Shown piece by piece: positions 30,864 to 41,236 of a stretch of 64,000 nucleotides of DNA (position 1 is the first letter of the stretch; each line of letters opens with the position of its first letter). A program made the position numbers and the translations under genes. Below the pieces are notes generated by a model. That model had not been told where the DNA came from. It did not search any database and saw nothing but the letters and a program-made list of their open reading frames with translations. The stretch covers positions 9,677-73,676 of the forward strand of contig CAZRVU010000002.1 in the NCBI GenBank assembly GCA_964603615.1, in the 5' to 3' direction. This DNA is from an uncultured Desulfovibrionaceae bacterium (GTDB lineage Bacteria; Bacillota; Dethiobacteria; DTU022; UBA8154).

Positions 30864-32057
30864 TCAACTTTCAGGCATTTTTTCAAGGGTTACCTCTAAA
30901 AATACTTCTTTATTTTCACGGAAAACAGTAACCTTAATTTTTTGACCGATATTGAATTGGTAGAGGGCATGCTGTAGCTCGGCACTGTTTACGATTTTTT
31001 TATTATCTAGCGCCACGATGATATCCATCGCCTTAATACCGGCCCGGGCAGCGGGGCTGCCAGCAACGACATCCTTAACCAGTACGCCATAATCCACGCC
31101 CAGTTCCAGGCGCTGTGCATCCAGGGCCGAGAGCGTGCCGATGGAAACGCCTATCCAGGGGCGGACAACGCGTCCGTTTTCAATCAGATCGGCAGCAATC
31201 TGCTTGACGGTGTTGCTGGGGATGGCAAAACCCATACCCTCCACTCCCGAAATTTTTATCTTGGCAGTGTTGATACCGATAACCTGCCCGTTGATATTTA
31301 CCAGGGCACCACCACTGTTGCCATCGTTAATCGCTGCATCTGTCTGAATAAAATTGAATATTTGTTCCTGTATGGTGATAGAGCGCTCACGAGCACTGAC
31401 GACGCCTTTGGTTACAGACTGTTGAAAGTCAAGCCCCAGCGGATTGCCAACGGCTAACGCCGGTTCGCCCACCCGCAACTTATCAGAATCGGCAAATTCT
31501 GCTGCCGTCAAATCTTTTTTATCAACCTTGATCACCGCTAAGTCAGTGGGAAAATCCGCCCCGATCACCTTTGCCTGGAGCTCTTCCCCGGAACCCAGGC
31601 TGACAGTGAGTTCCCGTGCATTTTCAATAACATGGTAGTTGGTAACGATATACCCTTCACTGCTAATAATCACTCCTGAGCCGGTAGCCCTTTCCTGCAG
31701 CTTACTCCTGCCCCATAAGTCAAAGACAAGCCCGTAATTGCTGATCCCCACCACCGCAGGGGTAATTTTTTCGGCAGCCTTGATCACAGCCCAATAATAA
31801 TCTTGGGCACCCGGTGAAAGAGCAAGCGGATTATCGTCTTGGCGATCATTTTCCTTGGTATCGTTTTTTTCTTCCCAGGGCAAAACAGGCTGTTGCTGAT
31901 CTAGAGCCCCGTTTCTGGACCCGTGCGGGAAATAATGAAAAAGCGTAACCAGTAGCAAACACATAATGACACTGCCTAGCAGCAAGCCTTTCCAAAAGGA
32001 AGACGGCCGTTTAGGCTTTTCGGAATAATCTTGGTAAAAGTCTTGCATTGCTCTCAC
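30864..32057 (-). CDS. htrA: Trypsin-like serine protease with PDZ domain (HtrA/DegP family; YyxA/HtrC-like)
   Basis: N-terminal TM anchor, a catalytic triad region (TNYHVIENA; GNSGGALVNINGQVIGIN) and a C-terminal PDZ; positioned at the end of the walRK-yycHI cluster. Confidence 0.85.
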   Translation of the reverse strand: MRAMQDFYQDYSEKPKRPSSFWKGLLLGSVIMCLLLVTLFHYFPHGSRNGALDQQQPVLPWEEKNDTKENDRQDDNPLALSPGAQDYYWAVIKAAEKITPAVVGISNYGLVFDLWGRSKLQERATGSGVIISSEGYIVTNYHVIENARELTVSLGSGEELQAKVIGADFPTDLAVIKVDKKDLTAAEFADSDKLRVGEPALAVGNPLGLDFQQSVTKGVVSARERSITIQEQIFNFIQTDAAINDGNSGGALVNINGQVIGINTAKIKISGVEGMGFAIPSNTVKQIAADLIENGRVVRPWIGVSIGTLSALDAQRLELGVDYGVLVKDVVAGSPAARAGIKAMDIIVALDNKKIVNSAELQHALYQFNIGQKIKVTVFRENKEVFLEVTLEKMPES

Positions 32058-32150
32058 CCCTAAATTATAAAATAATAATTAAATTCTTCCCTCCAGTTTA
32101 ACCAAATTGTAACTCAAAGTAAAGAAGGGAGGTAATCTTTTGTAGATATG

Positions 32151-32177
32151 CAGGGGCGGGGTTCTACCCCGCCCCTG
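32151..32177. repeat. Perfect GC-rich hairpin (11-bp stem, 5-nt loop)
   Basis: CAGGGGCGGGG TTCTA CCCCGCCCCTG in the htrA upstream/intergenic region; immediately followed by the palindrome at 32179-32197. Confidence 0.7.
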
Positions 32178-32178
32178 T

Positions 32179-32197
32179 TTGACAAGTTTCTTGTCAA
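32179..32197. promoter_or_regulatory. Perfect 8-N3-8 palindrome TTGACAAG-ttt-CTTGTCAA (candidate operator upstream of htrA)
   Basis: An exact inverted repeat about 130 bp upstream of the htrA start, on its promoter side. Confidence 0.4.
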
Positions 32198-32268
32198 AAT
32201 ATACTGTTATAGGCTATTTTTTCAGAAACGAGTGCTCCGGGGCAGATCCGCCCACTAGCAAGAACAAC

Positions 32269-32910
32269 CTATCCCCGTCCCAAATGGCAGGTATCATTAA
32301 ACAATATCAAACGCTTTCTCGCCGAAAAGTCCCCCTCTAAAATTGTAAGAGAAGCCGGCAAAAGCGAAAATGGCCAATACCCCCGGTAATTGTACTTTAA
32401 AAAGTGAATAATAAAAGCCTGCAGGAAGCGCCCGTGGCTAACGATTAAAACCGGCCGTCGCGTCTGGTTGCTCTTATTTTCCAGGCGTGATAAAAAAGAA
32501 TAAAAAATTTTTACCCGCCGGAAAAGACGGGCCAGCCCTTCGGCGCCTGGTATTGTCGCATGATAGAAATCTTGCTGCAGGCGGTAATGAATTAAAGGAT
32601 GCTCCTTGATAATCTCGTTTCTTGTCAATCCTTGAATTGTCCCCCAGCAATATTCTTGAAGAAGAGTCGAATAAAGCGGGGGCGGTCCATTTCTCAACAT
32701 GTTAATCACGCCTGCTGTCTCCTTTGCCCGCTGCTGGTTACTGCTAAAAAAGGCAGCAAAAGGTTGCTTCTCCAGTCGCCGGGCCAGACACAGCGCTTCA
32801 CGGCGCCCCTGCAAGCTCAAAGGGTATTCTAGCCGCCCCTGCAGTCTCCCTTCCAGATTAGCTTCTGTGGTTCCGTGACGAACAAGCCAGATTTCCATTC
32901 GCATCACCAC
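32269..32910 (-). CDS. Histidine phosphatase family protein (phosphoglycerate mutase-like)
   Basis: N-terminal catalytic RHG motif (IWLVRHGTTEAN) and a later SHG; about 210 aa. Confidence 0.75.
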   Translation of the reverse strand: MVMRMEIWLVRHGTTEANLEGRLQGRLEYPLSLQGRREALCLARRLEKQPFAAFFSSNQQRAKETAGVINMLRNGPPPLYSTLLQEYCWGTIQGLTRNEIIKEHPLIHYRLQQDFYHATIPGAEGLARLFRRVKIFYSFLSRLENKSNQTRRPVLIVSHGRFLQAFIIHFLKYNYRGYWPFSLLPASLTILEGDFSARKRLILFNDTCHLGRG

Positions 32911-32934
32911 TGTTAACAGGCAAAATAAAACAAA

Positions 32935-34233
32935 TTATTTCCCGGGAAATACATCCTTCGTCATAATCCTACGTTCAATTTTTGCCCCTAGAAGATTTAA
33001 ACGTTCCTCAAAATGTTCATAACCCCTGTCGATATGCTCGACTCCTTCCAGAATAGTTTCTCCATGAGAAAGCATCCCGGCAATAACCAGCGCTGCCCCG
33101 CCGCGTAAATCAGTAGCCTTGATTGGAGCGCTGATCAACTCCCGTCCGCCTTCAATGATAGCTGTACGCCCTTCCAATTTGATACGTGCTCCCATCTTTC
33201 TCAGTTCATCGACATGACGGAAGCGCCCCTCAAAAACATTTTCAGAAACAAGACTAATCCCCGGCGCTTGCGTCAAAAGAACGATTACCGGCGCTTGTAG
33301 ATCTGTCGGGAAGCCAGGATAAGGAAATGTTTTCACATCAGCAGGAAACAAAGAATTGCCGGGCAGCACCCGGACCCAGTCGGAACCGGTTGTCAAAGAT
33401 ACACCGATTTCTTTTAATTTAGCTATCACTGGATCCAGATGTTTGGGGATGATATCTTCCACTAAGAGCTCACCCCCCGTTGCCGCCGCAGCGATCATAA
33501 AGGTTCCCGCTTCAATGCGATCCGGGATTACAATATGTTCTGCCCCGCCCAACTCCGGCACGCCCTGGATCCTGATTATATCCGTTCCCGTGCCGATCAC
33601 TTGCGCCCCCATGGCATTCAACAAGTTTGCTACATCTACAACCTCCGGTTCCTTAGCTGCATTTTCGATAATTGTTTTGCCTTCAGCCCGTACCGCAGCC
33701 AGTATAATGTTGATCGTAGCCCCTACGCTGATCACATCTAAATAGATATGTGCTCCCTTTAACTGCTTGGCCCTGATTTTGATTAGGCCTTGTTCTAACT
33801 CAACCTTGGCCCCCAAAGCTGTAAAACCTTTGATATGCTGATCGATCGGGCGCGGCCCTATGTTGCAACCACCGGGCATGGGAATCTCCACTTGCCCAAA
33901 GCGGCCCAGCAGCGCACCCATGAAATAATAAGAAGCTCGGAATTTGTCAACAAGTTCCTGCTGGGGTGTAAAACTGTTTAAAGCGGAAGAATCGATCTGC
34001 AGATTGCCTCCTTCTTTCAACGACACCTTTGCACCAAGGTTATTTAAAATCTTAACCAACAAATTAATATCGGTGATGTCTGGTAAATTTTCTATATTTA
34101 CGCAGGATTCTGTTAGCAAGGATGCCGGGATTACTGCTACAGCAGCATTTTTGGCACCGTTGATTTTAATTTTCCCTTTGATTTTTTGTTTTCCTTTGAT
34201 TATCAGGTGCTCCAACGCGGTCTGCCTCCTCAA
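32935..34233 (-). CDS. murA: UDP-N-acetylglucosamine 1-carboxyvinyltransferase
   Basis: 432 aa; KINGAKNAAVAVIPASLL, the catalytic Cys region (MPGGCNIGPRPIDQH), and GATENLLM-like and RHVDEL segments typical of MurA. Confidence 0.9.
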   Translation of the reverse strand: MRRQTALEHLIIKGKQKIKGKIKINGAKNAAVAVIPASLLTESCVNIENLPDITDINLLVKILNNLGAKVSLKEGGNLQIDSSALNSFTPQQELVDKFRASYYFMGALLGRFGQVEIPMPGGCNIGPRPIDQHIKGFTALGAKVELEQGLIKIRAKQLKGAHIYLDVISVGATINIILAAVRAEGKTIIENAAKEPEVVDVANLLNAMGAQVIGTGTDIIRIQGVPELGGAEHIVIPDRIEAGTFMIAAAATGGELLVEDIIPKHLDPVIAKLKEIGVSLTTGSDWVRVLPGNSLFPADVKTFPYPGFPTDLQAPVIVLLTQAPGISLVSENVFEGRFRHVDELRKMGARIKLEGRTAIIEGGRELISAPIKATDLRGGAALVIAGMLSHGETILEGVEHIDRGYEHFEERLNLLGAKIERRIMTKDVFPGK

Positions 34234-34277
34234 TTGTACTATCTGGAAAAGTGCCGAATCGGTTTGGCAGGCAAAAA

Positions 34278-35192
34278 TTATCTTTCTAAATTACCCGTAA
34301 AAGCATTAACGTAATATACTTCACCATCGTCCAAACGAATCCTCCATACCGGAGGAATTTCCCACCTCTCTGCATCATAGCCAGGGCTATAAAAACCAAG
34401 CACAATTTCGGTAATGTTCTTTTTTTTAGCTGTATCCGGCTTTTCTTTGTGTATTGCAGGTTTGTAGGCTTCTAAAAAACGCAGTAGCGCGGCTGCCGGG
34501 GAAATAATTTCACGCGTCTGGGCAGCAAAATTTAGGGGTTCCAAACGGTAAAGAAAAATCACAACGCTATCCTCCCCGTCTAACAGCAGCTTTGCGTAAC
34601 CACCGTAAAGAGGATATTCCTCATATTCTTGCCTGTAATGAAATACATGCAGATGATCTGTTTCCTGTGCATAGTCAAAGATAAAGTCCTGCAAAAAGGG
34701 CATTTTCTGTGTAATAATCTGGGCTATTTTTAGGATATACTCTTTATTGTTCATTTCCTGCTCAAAAATCTTTTTTGTTTTCATTTTAAAAACCAGCAAA
34801 CCTTCTTCTTCAACATGCAGGCTGTATTCCCCGCAAGAATACGTCTTTCCCCTTTCAGCTCCCCCGTTGCCCTCATTATTAACCTTCTCCGTCACCGGCG
34901 GAAGGTCTTTTTCCTTCTCCCATAAAGTCCAAAAAGTTGAGATAAGTTCTGCCGCGTCAAATTGCCAGGGTTCAACTACGAGGTGTGCTAAGCGCATACC
35001 TCCTTTCGGCAGGGAGGTTCCCAGGGAAAAGCCTGCGGTGCTTAGTGCCATTTCCAGGCGCGTCTCCTCTTCCTTCCGCCCCGGGAAAATAAAACCGCTA
35101 CGATCCACATCCTGCCATATTTGATATAACAGGAAAATATTTAAAAATAAAAACATGCCGATGAGCACTGTTCTAGCCCTGGAAAAATCCAT
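34278..35192 (-). CDS. yycI: WalRK two-component regulatory protein YycI (WalI)
   Basis: MDFSRARTVLIGMFLFLNIFLLYQIW parallels the B. subtilis YycI N-terminus ([25 protein letters not shown]); a single TM plus an extracellular domain; follows yycH. Confidence 0.75.
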   Translation of the reverse strand: MDFSRARTVLIGMFLFLNIFLLYQIWQDVDRSGFIFPGRKEEETRLEMALSTAGFSLGTSLPKGGMRLAHLVVEPWQFDAAELISTFWTLWEKEKDLPPVTEKVNNEGNGGAERGKTYSCGEYSLHVEEEGLLVFKMKTKKIFEQEMNNKEYILKIAQIITQKMPFLQDFIFDYAQETDHLHVFHYRQEYEEYPLYGGYAKLLLDGEDSVVIFLYRLEPLNFAAQTREIISPAAALLRFLEAYKPAIHKEKPDTAKKKNITEIVLGFYSPGYDAERWEIPPVWRIRLDDGEVYYVNAFTGNLER

Positions 35193-35267
35193 AGATACAC
35201 CCGCCCCTATTTTTACCTGCAACCTTACTGTATTTTCTAAACAATAGATGATTGTTCTTTAAATAAT

Positions 35268-36725
35268 TTACAGTTGCTCCAACGTAGAGCAATGCAGGTA
35301 AATTACTTCGGTTTCCGCAAAATTTACCTCCCAGGCCGGTATAGCCCGCTCCTCACTCCCTGCAGGCAGGTAATAAACCGGCCTTAGAGATAACAAGGTG
35401 GCTTTTCCTCCCTGCAAGCGTTCCTGCTGCAAGATTAAGGCTCGTTCAAGAGCTTGTTCAAAAGGGCAAAAAGGTTGGCCTGCACCAACCTCCGTTCCCC
35501 CTAACCAGAAATTCCTACGTAAAAAAGATACCCCTTGCCCCTCGAGAAGCATTTCGCAACCAGCATTCTCCCCTTCCAAAACAAGACCATTGACTATCCG
35601 GCGCCAGATCAACCTGCAACCGCCTTTTACCTCCCGGGCATCACACAAATAAGTATCCGGCAAAATGCCGCCGTAAAGACTTTGGCTTTCGGCACCCTTT
35701 TGTAAAAACAGAGCATAAGAAGGATGCTGCCGGAAAGTGTTTTCTGGCCGGGGAGCTGTAAACTCTACCAGACCGGAAGCATAGATGCGCAAACCCTTTT
35801 CACCATTAGTAAAGTAAACCGCTCCATCCTTTTCTTCAATGCGCCGCGCCAGGGATAAGTCCAGGAAAAAAGACTTTATCAACTCGTCCCGCGGTATCTT
35901 TTTCTTTTCTAGAAGAATTTCTGTTGCGAACAGATCATCTTTCTCCACAAATATATGATGAGGAACGCTGATCTCCCAGTTGCCTGTCAACGGGGAGCCT
36001 GTATTATCTGTAAACGTTAAAGTATATTCCTGACTGCTTTTGCCCGGAAGCAACCCGCCAGCTTCTTGTGAATCCTTGCTTTCCATGGCAGTATCGGCAA
36101 CATCAGGCCCGCCTGCAGCACTGAAAGACAACGTGCGGGGTAAGGGGAAACAAAAATTATTTTTAACCGGTTGTAGTTTATCTGTCACACCTTTTTCTAG
36201 ATTAGTCAGGCCGAAGGTCTCTTCTCCCTCCAGCAAAACAGTACAGTTGTCCTTGTCCCACAAAAAAATAATTTCAAGAATTTTTGTTTCCCCTGTCGCC
36301 TGCCAATCGCTGATATATTCCAAGGGAAGCGGTGGCTGAAAGGGGAAAATAAGCTTACAAGCAGCGGTTTCCCGGACTATCTCCAAATCATAGCTATCAC
36401 TGCGTTTTACTTTTTCCCATTCCGCCTCCTGCGTTAACACCCGCCAGGCTTGATCCCACAATCGTTGGTACTCTTCATCCCCGCGGCGAAAGAGGTGTAC
36501 TTCTTCCCCGCTCCAAAAAACTACTTCCGCAGGCTGGACAATTTCGGAAACAAGAGGTAAAGGAGTAAAATAAACATATTCATAACGGGGCACCGTTCCT
36601 TCTTCCAGGGACGGACGGCCAAACCATAAATGGTAGGTCAACAACATACTGGAAAAAATCATAAAAACCAGGCAAGCTGTTTTAAATTTTTCCCACAAAG
36701 AACCACACCTCTTTACACAACACAC
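35268..36725 (-). CDS. yycH: WalRK two-component regulatory protein YycH (WalH)
   Basis: N-terminal TM (LVFMIFSSMLLTYHLWFGRP, cf. YycH VILALLVMTSLVLTWNIW) then a ~430-aa extracellular domain; directly follows walK. Confidence 0.7.
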   Translation of the reverse strand: MCCVKRCGSLWEKFKTACLVFMIFSSMLLTYHLWFGRPSLEEGTVPRYEYVYFTPLPLVSEIVQPAEVVFWSGEEVHLFRRGDEEYQRLWDQAWRVLTQEAEWEKVKRSDSYDLEIVRETAACKLIFPFQPPLPLEYISDWQATGETKILEIIFLWDKDNCTVLLEGEETFGLTNLEKGVTDKLQPVKNNFCFPLPRTLSFSAAGGPDVADTAMESKDSQEAGGLLPGKSSQEYTLTFTDNTGSPLTGNWEISVPHHIFVEKDDLFATEILLEKKKIPRDELIKSFFLDLSLARRIEEKDGAVYFTNGEKGLRIYASGLVEFTAPRPENTFRQHPSYALFLQKGAESQSLYGGILPDTYLCDAREVKGGCRLIWRRIVNGLVLEGENAGCEMLLEGQGVSFLRRNFWLGGTEVGAGQPFCPFEQALERALILQQERLQGGKATLLSLRPVYYLPAGSEERAIPAWEVNFAETEVIYLHCSTLEQL

Positions 36726-36740
36726 AGCCTGGCTGTGTGC

Positions 36741-38606
36741 TTAGTCTACGACATCCCTAACATCAAGGGCCGGCAAACAAAAAGTAACTTTTGTCCCTGC
36801 CCCCAATTCACCTTTTAAGTGAATCGTTCCTTCATGTGCCTCGATGATCTGCTTGGCAATAGGCAAACCTAAACCCGTACCGCCAGAATCGCGGGAACGC
36901 GTTTTATCGACGCGATAAAAACGTTCAAAAACCCTCTCTATTTCTTCCGGGGGCACGCCCGCCCCTGTATCGCTGATCGTTACACAGATATAATCTTTTT
37001 GGGGAAAGACCTCCACTGTAATCCTGCCGCCGGCAGGTGTAAAATTAAAGGCGTTGTCTAACAAGTTCAGCACCACCTGGCGCATTTTATCTTTATCTAA
37101 ATAAACCTGGCGCCTTTCCGGCCACAACTGCACTACAAGGGAAATATTCTTTTTTCTGCATACTGGTTCAAACTGTTGCAAAACCTCATCAATGAAAAAG
37201 CCAAGATCCGCCTTTTCTTTGCTCCAGTGTGTTTCCTTATAATCGAGACGGGAAAGAACCAGGAGATCATTTACCAGCTTGACCATACGTTCTGTTTCTT
37301 GGGATACTACTGACAAAAAGCGTGACCGCACCGCAGGTTCCTCCTGGGCCCCGTCTAACAATGTTTCGGTATAATTTTTGATAGTCGTCAAAGGAGTCCG
37401 TAGTTCATGCGAGACATTGGCTACAAATTCCTGCTGTAAGCGAGATAACGCCCTCTCTTTGGTCACATCATGCAAAACCACGAGCTTGCCCTGCTGATCC
37501 CCGCTTTCCTTGAAAGGAGCAACATAAACCTGCAGTATTTTTTCCGGTGTGGCCCGCAGGCGGACTTCTTTAATCGTAGGGCCTTCCCGCTGAAAAAGGG
37601 AGGACAACTTTTCTTGTTCGAAAAATTTACTGAAAATAATTTCAAAAGAAAGAGCCTGCCCGATCGGCAACCCTGCTGCCAACAATATTTTTTGGGCCGC
37701 GGGATTAATATGAACAACTTGCCCTTCTTGGTTAAAAGCAATAATGCCGTCCGTCATATAGTTTAAAATTGCTTCAACTTTATTTTTTTCTGCGGAGATT
37801 TCTTTTAAGGTTTCCTGCAGGCGTTTAGTTAAAAAATTGAACATCCTGCCCAGTTCCCCAATTTCATCCGTAGAACGAACTTCTATCGACCGGGAAAAAT
37901 CTCCTTTGGCCAGGGCGGCAGCCCTTAAAGTAACTTCACAAATTGGCTTTGTAATTGTTCTGGTCAGCAAAAAGCTGATGGCAATGGCAATAAGGATGAC
38001 AACGGCCCAGCCACTGATCAACATCAGCTTAATCTCTTTGAGCATCAGATAGATATGATCTAAAGAACCCCTCATAAAGATTACGCCGACAATATCGGAC
38101 ATATTTTTAACGGGCAACGCTAAAATATAATAGCGTGCTCCTGTCTCCGGATCAATCCTAATCGCCTCCACCTTATTCCCGGTAAGGGCTAGCAGGATAT
38201 CATCCTGAATCACCCGTTCTTTAAGAAAAGAAAGCGACTTCTGTTCGGGACCTCCTAAGAAACGGCCTTGACGATCCAAAACTATTGTTTCCGTCCCCAT
38301 TTCGCCTCCCCCAAATTCTGCAGCAAGACCGGCAATAAGTTCACCCTGATCTTCGTCATCCTCCAGCAGGTAACGGCGGATAAAACTGCCTAGCAGCTCC
38401 CCCTGGGCTAGCTGGTTATTGGCATAATTTCGCAAATAATAATTCTCTAAAGATTTCACGAGGTAAACGCCGCTTAGCTGCAGGGCAAAAAGAACCAGTA
38501 AAGAATACAAGAGGACTATTTTCCCTTGCATACCCCAACGCATTTTTGCAGTTCTTTCCCGTATTGTTTCGCCCGGAAACGAAACTGAGCCCCCTGCATT
38601 CGGCAT
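36741..38606 (-). CDS. walK: Cell-wall homeostasis sensor histidine kinase WalK
   Basis: 621 aa; two TM helices, HAMP, PAS, HisKA (HELRTPLTTIKNY) and HATPase_c (G-box GGTGLGLPIAKQIIEAHEG). RBS GGAGG 9 nt upstream; the start abuts the walR stop. Confidence 0.85.
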   Translation of the reverse strand: MPNAGGSVSFPGETIRERTAKMRWGMQGKIVLLYSLLVLFALQLSGVYLVKSLENYYLRNYANNQLAQGELLGSFIRRYLLEDDEDQGELIAGLAAEFGGGEMGTETIVLDRQGRFLGGPEQKSLSFLKERVIQDDILLALTGNKVEAIRIDPETGARYYILALPVKNMSDIVGVIFMRGSLDHIYLMLKEIKLMLISGWAVVILIAIAISFLLTRTITKPICEVTLRAAALAKGDFSRSIEVRSTDEIGELGRMFNFLTKRLQETLKEISAEKNKVEAILNYMTDGIIAFNQEGQVVHINPAAQKILLAAGLPIGQALSFEIIFSKFFEQEKLSSLFQREGPTIKEVRLRATPEKILQVYVAPFKESGDQQGKLVVLHDVTKERALSRLQQEFVANVSHELRTPLTTIKNYTETLLDGAQEEPAVRSRFLSVVSQETERMVKLVNDLLVLSRLDYKETHWSKEKADLGFFIDEVLQQFEPVCRKKNISLVVQLWPERRQVYLDKDKMRQVVLNLLDNAFNFTPAGGRITVEVFPQKDYICVTISDTGAGVPPEEIERVFERFYRVDKTRSRDSGGTGLGLPIAKQIIEAHEGTIHLKGELGAGTKVTFCLPALDVRDVVD

Positions 38607-39293
38607 TTACTGTGGCCTCCTCAAAAAATAACCTGCACCCCGCCTGGTGCAAAGATAGGAGGGATTGCCCGGATCATCCTCGATCTTTTCCCTCAAGCGC
38701 CTCACTGTCACATCGACAGTGCGTACATCACCGACATAATCATAGCCCCAAACTTCCTCCAAAAGTTTTTCACGGCTAAAAACATAACCCGTATGTTTCA
38801 ACAAAAAGGAAAGCAGCGTGAATTCCCGATAGGTCAGCTCCACCTGCCTATCTCCTTTTTTCAGTTCCATTTTACCTAGATTTAAGGTTAAAGACCCGCA
38901 GGTTAGCTGTTCCGGATCCTTTTCCTGCATTTTTGTACGGCGCAGAGCCGCCTTAATCCTGGCCAGTAGCTCGCGAATACTAAAGGGTTTGGTCACATAA
39001 TCATCCGCCCCCAGTTCCAAACCAAGCACTTTATCGATCTCCGTTTCTCGCGCCGTAAGCATAATAATCGGTATATCGAGCTTTTGACGTATCTGGCGGC
39101 ATACACTAAACCCGTCCAGGCGGGGGAGCATAATATCCAATAAAATAATATCCGGCTTTTCTGCAAAAGCAAGCTTTATAGCTTCCTCCCCGTCATAGGC
39201 AACTAATACTTCAAAGCCATCTTTTTCTAAATTATATTTTAAGATCTCGGCAATAGGCTTTTCGTCATCAACCACCAGAATCTTATCCTTCAT
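38607..39293 (-). CDS. walR: OmpR-family response regulator WalR
   Basis: [29 protein letters not shown]...[17 protein letters not shown]...[24 protein letters not shown] is nearly identical in motif content to B. subtilis YycF/WalR. Confidence 0.9.
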   Translation of the reverse strand: MKDKILVVDDEKPIAEILKYNLEKDGFEVLVAYDGEEAIKLAFAEKPDIILLDIMLPRLDGFSVCRQIRQKLDIPIIMLTARETEIDKVLGLELGADDYVTKPFSIRELLARIKAALRRTKMQEKDPEQLTCGSLTLNLGKMELKKGDRQVELTYREFTLLSFLLKHTGYVFSREKLLEEVWGYDYVGDVRTVDVTVRRLREKIEDDPGNPSYLCTRRGAGYFLRRPQ

Positions 39294-39521
39294 TTTCTGC
39301 CCCCCCTCATAAACAGACGCAAAACCTTTCTTCTATCTTTTCTTTTGGCTCAAATTACTCCTGTAATAATAAAGATACACCATTAAAGCTTTAATCAATA
39401 TTTCCGTACCGGTGCGTAAAATTCCTTCCCTCTTCCCGTTGACAGCATTGATCCTTTTCACCAAAAACAAAAATTAGCCCGGTCAATTGTGGAAAACCGG
39501 GGCAAAGCCGTAATATTTTTG

Positions 39522-39553
39522 AAGAAAAAAAAACGTGACGGCAAAGTCACGTT
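39522..39553 (-). terminator. Intrinsic terminator for the M23 peptidase gene
   Basis: On the minus strand, AACGTGAC-TTTGCC-GTCACGTT (perfect 8-bp stem) followed by nine Ts; about 270 bp downstream of the 39824 stop, inside the 530-bp walR upstream region. Confidence 0.55.
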
Positions 39554-39823
39554 ATAAAATGAAACAATATGTTAAGAGGGGGTCAACTCACTCTTATTCT
39601 ACAGGCTTAATGTTACAGAAAGGTTACAAGAAGCTTATTTTCTAGTTACAATTAGCTAGAACAGGGAAAAGATTCGAAACCACTAAAAAACTCCAGCCAG
39701 GCATCTGGCCTGGCGAAACAAATTTTGGAAATCCCGGGGTTCAAATGTTAAAGGAAGATCCTTCGCTGCGCTTAGGATGACAAAAATATTATATACCTGC
39801 AGCTACGGACAGCTCCTTGCTTT

Positions 39824-41236
39824 TTAGGGGCTAAAATAATTTAAGGGATTGATAGAAGATCCATAGATGCCGCCGCTGCGAATTTCAAAATGAAGATGTG
39901 AACCCGTGCTCTGACCTGTCGAGCCAACGGCCGCAATCGTCTGCCCTTTATTGACTGCCTGTCCTGTCTCCACCATGTTCTTAGAATTATGGGCATAACG
40001 AGTATAAAAGTGGCCATGATTGATCACCACGCTCAACCCATAACCCCCGTCCCAACCCTGAAAAACCACGACTCCACTATCGGCTGCCACCACAGAAGTT
40101 CCCTGAGGTGCAGCAATATCCACCCCCGCATGGAACCCCCCGCTGCGCCAACCATAGCCAGAAGAAATACGTCCTCCCCCTTTAACAGGCCAGATAAAAC
40201 TACCAGTTCCCCTGGACGGTATATTGGCAATACCGGCTGCGATAACCCGCGCTTCCGGCTCTTTTACAACGTTTTCCTTTATTGCTTCTCGCTTAACCTC
40301 CAGGCCATTTTCCCTTGTAATCTGGTAAACAACCTCTTTTTTTCCCAGCACCCCATTTTTGATCACTTTTGACTGCGTCCTCCATAGGTTGCTGTCATAT
40401 TGATATTCGGTTTCAAAGGGTATACCCTCTTCCGTCACTAGCCGCTCCACTGTTTTAACATTCACCAGCGGTTCGGCCACAATAAGATTGATTTCGTCAC
40501 CCTCCCTGATCAGATCACCGTTTAACTGGGGGTTTGCCTCCTGCAAGTTTTCCACGGAAAGCTGGTTGTCCCTGGCTATTTTCCAAAGGGAATCCCCGCG
40601 GGAAACCAAATAAATTTCCCGGCGGTCCGTTCCTCTTAAAAGAGTAGAGGCCAGGGACTCTACTTCGCAAAGCTCCTCCGGGTAGACACAACAGTTCCGG
40701 GAAGAAATAGTTTCGCCTATCTGTATCTCTTCTAGAACAACGTTATCCTGGGAAGGAGTATAAGCTCCTTTGACCATCTCAACCACACAATCTACTTCAA
40801 CTTCGTTGGCCACCGGGTAAATATCGCGTCCATCCACCGTCACCATCATTGCTTCAACTTTATAGCTCAACATCCGGCGCAACTTGGAGTAAATTTTTTG
40901 CTGATCGGCCTCTGCCGCCGGACGGAATACTTTCTCCAGAGCAACCTTTTCGACAGCCTTCACCGGCAAACCATAGTGGGCCTCCGCCTCACCTTGTAGG
41001 GATTCCATAAGCGCATAGAAGTCATCCTCTGTATTAATCAGACCTATCTCCAAACCATCAACGTAAGCCACATAAAAATAACCGGTACAAAGGTTATAGA
41101 TACTTAACACGGCCCCAAGTGTGACTGCGCTGAAGATCACGAACAATAGCCTGGCATGTTTTTTTAACCAAACGCGATCAATACAGCCCCTTAATAACGC
41201 CATCAAGCGTGCCTTCTCCTTCAGAAAATTCAACAT
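39824..41236 (-). CDS. LysM-domain M23 family peptidoglycan metalloendopeptidase
   Basis: 470 aa; N-terminal TM, LysM (VSRGDSLWKIARDNQLSVENL) and a C-terminal M23 (HAGVDIAAPQGTSVVAADSGVV...GSHLHFEI). Confidence 0.85.
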   Translation of the reverse strand: MLNFLKEKARLMALLRGCIDRVWLKKHARLLFVIFSAVTLGAVLSIYNLCTGYFYVAYVDGLEIGLINTEDDFYALMESLQGEAEAHYGLPVKAVEKVALEKVFRPAAEADQQKIYSKLRRMLSYKVEAMMVTVDGRDIYPVANEVEVDCVVEMVKGAYTPSQDNVVLEEIQIGETISSRNCCVYPEELCEVESLASTLLRGTDRREIYLVSRGDSLWKIARDNQLSVENLQEANPQLNGDLIREGDEINLIVAEPLVNVKTVERLVTEEGIPFETEYQYDSNLWRTQSKVIKNGVLGKKEVVYQITRENGLEVKREAIKENVVKEPEARVIAAGIANIPSRGTGSFIWPVKGGGRISSGYGWRSGGFHAGVDIAAPQGTSVVAADSGVVVFQGWDGGYGLSVVINHGHFYTRYAHNSKNMVETGQAVNKGQTIAAVGSTGQSTGSHLHFEIRSGGIYGSSINPLNYFSP

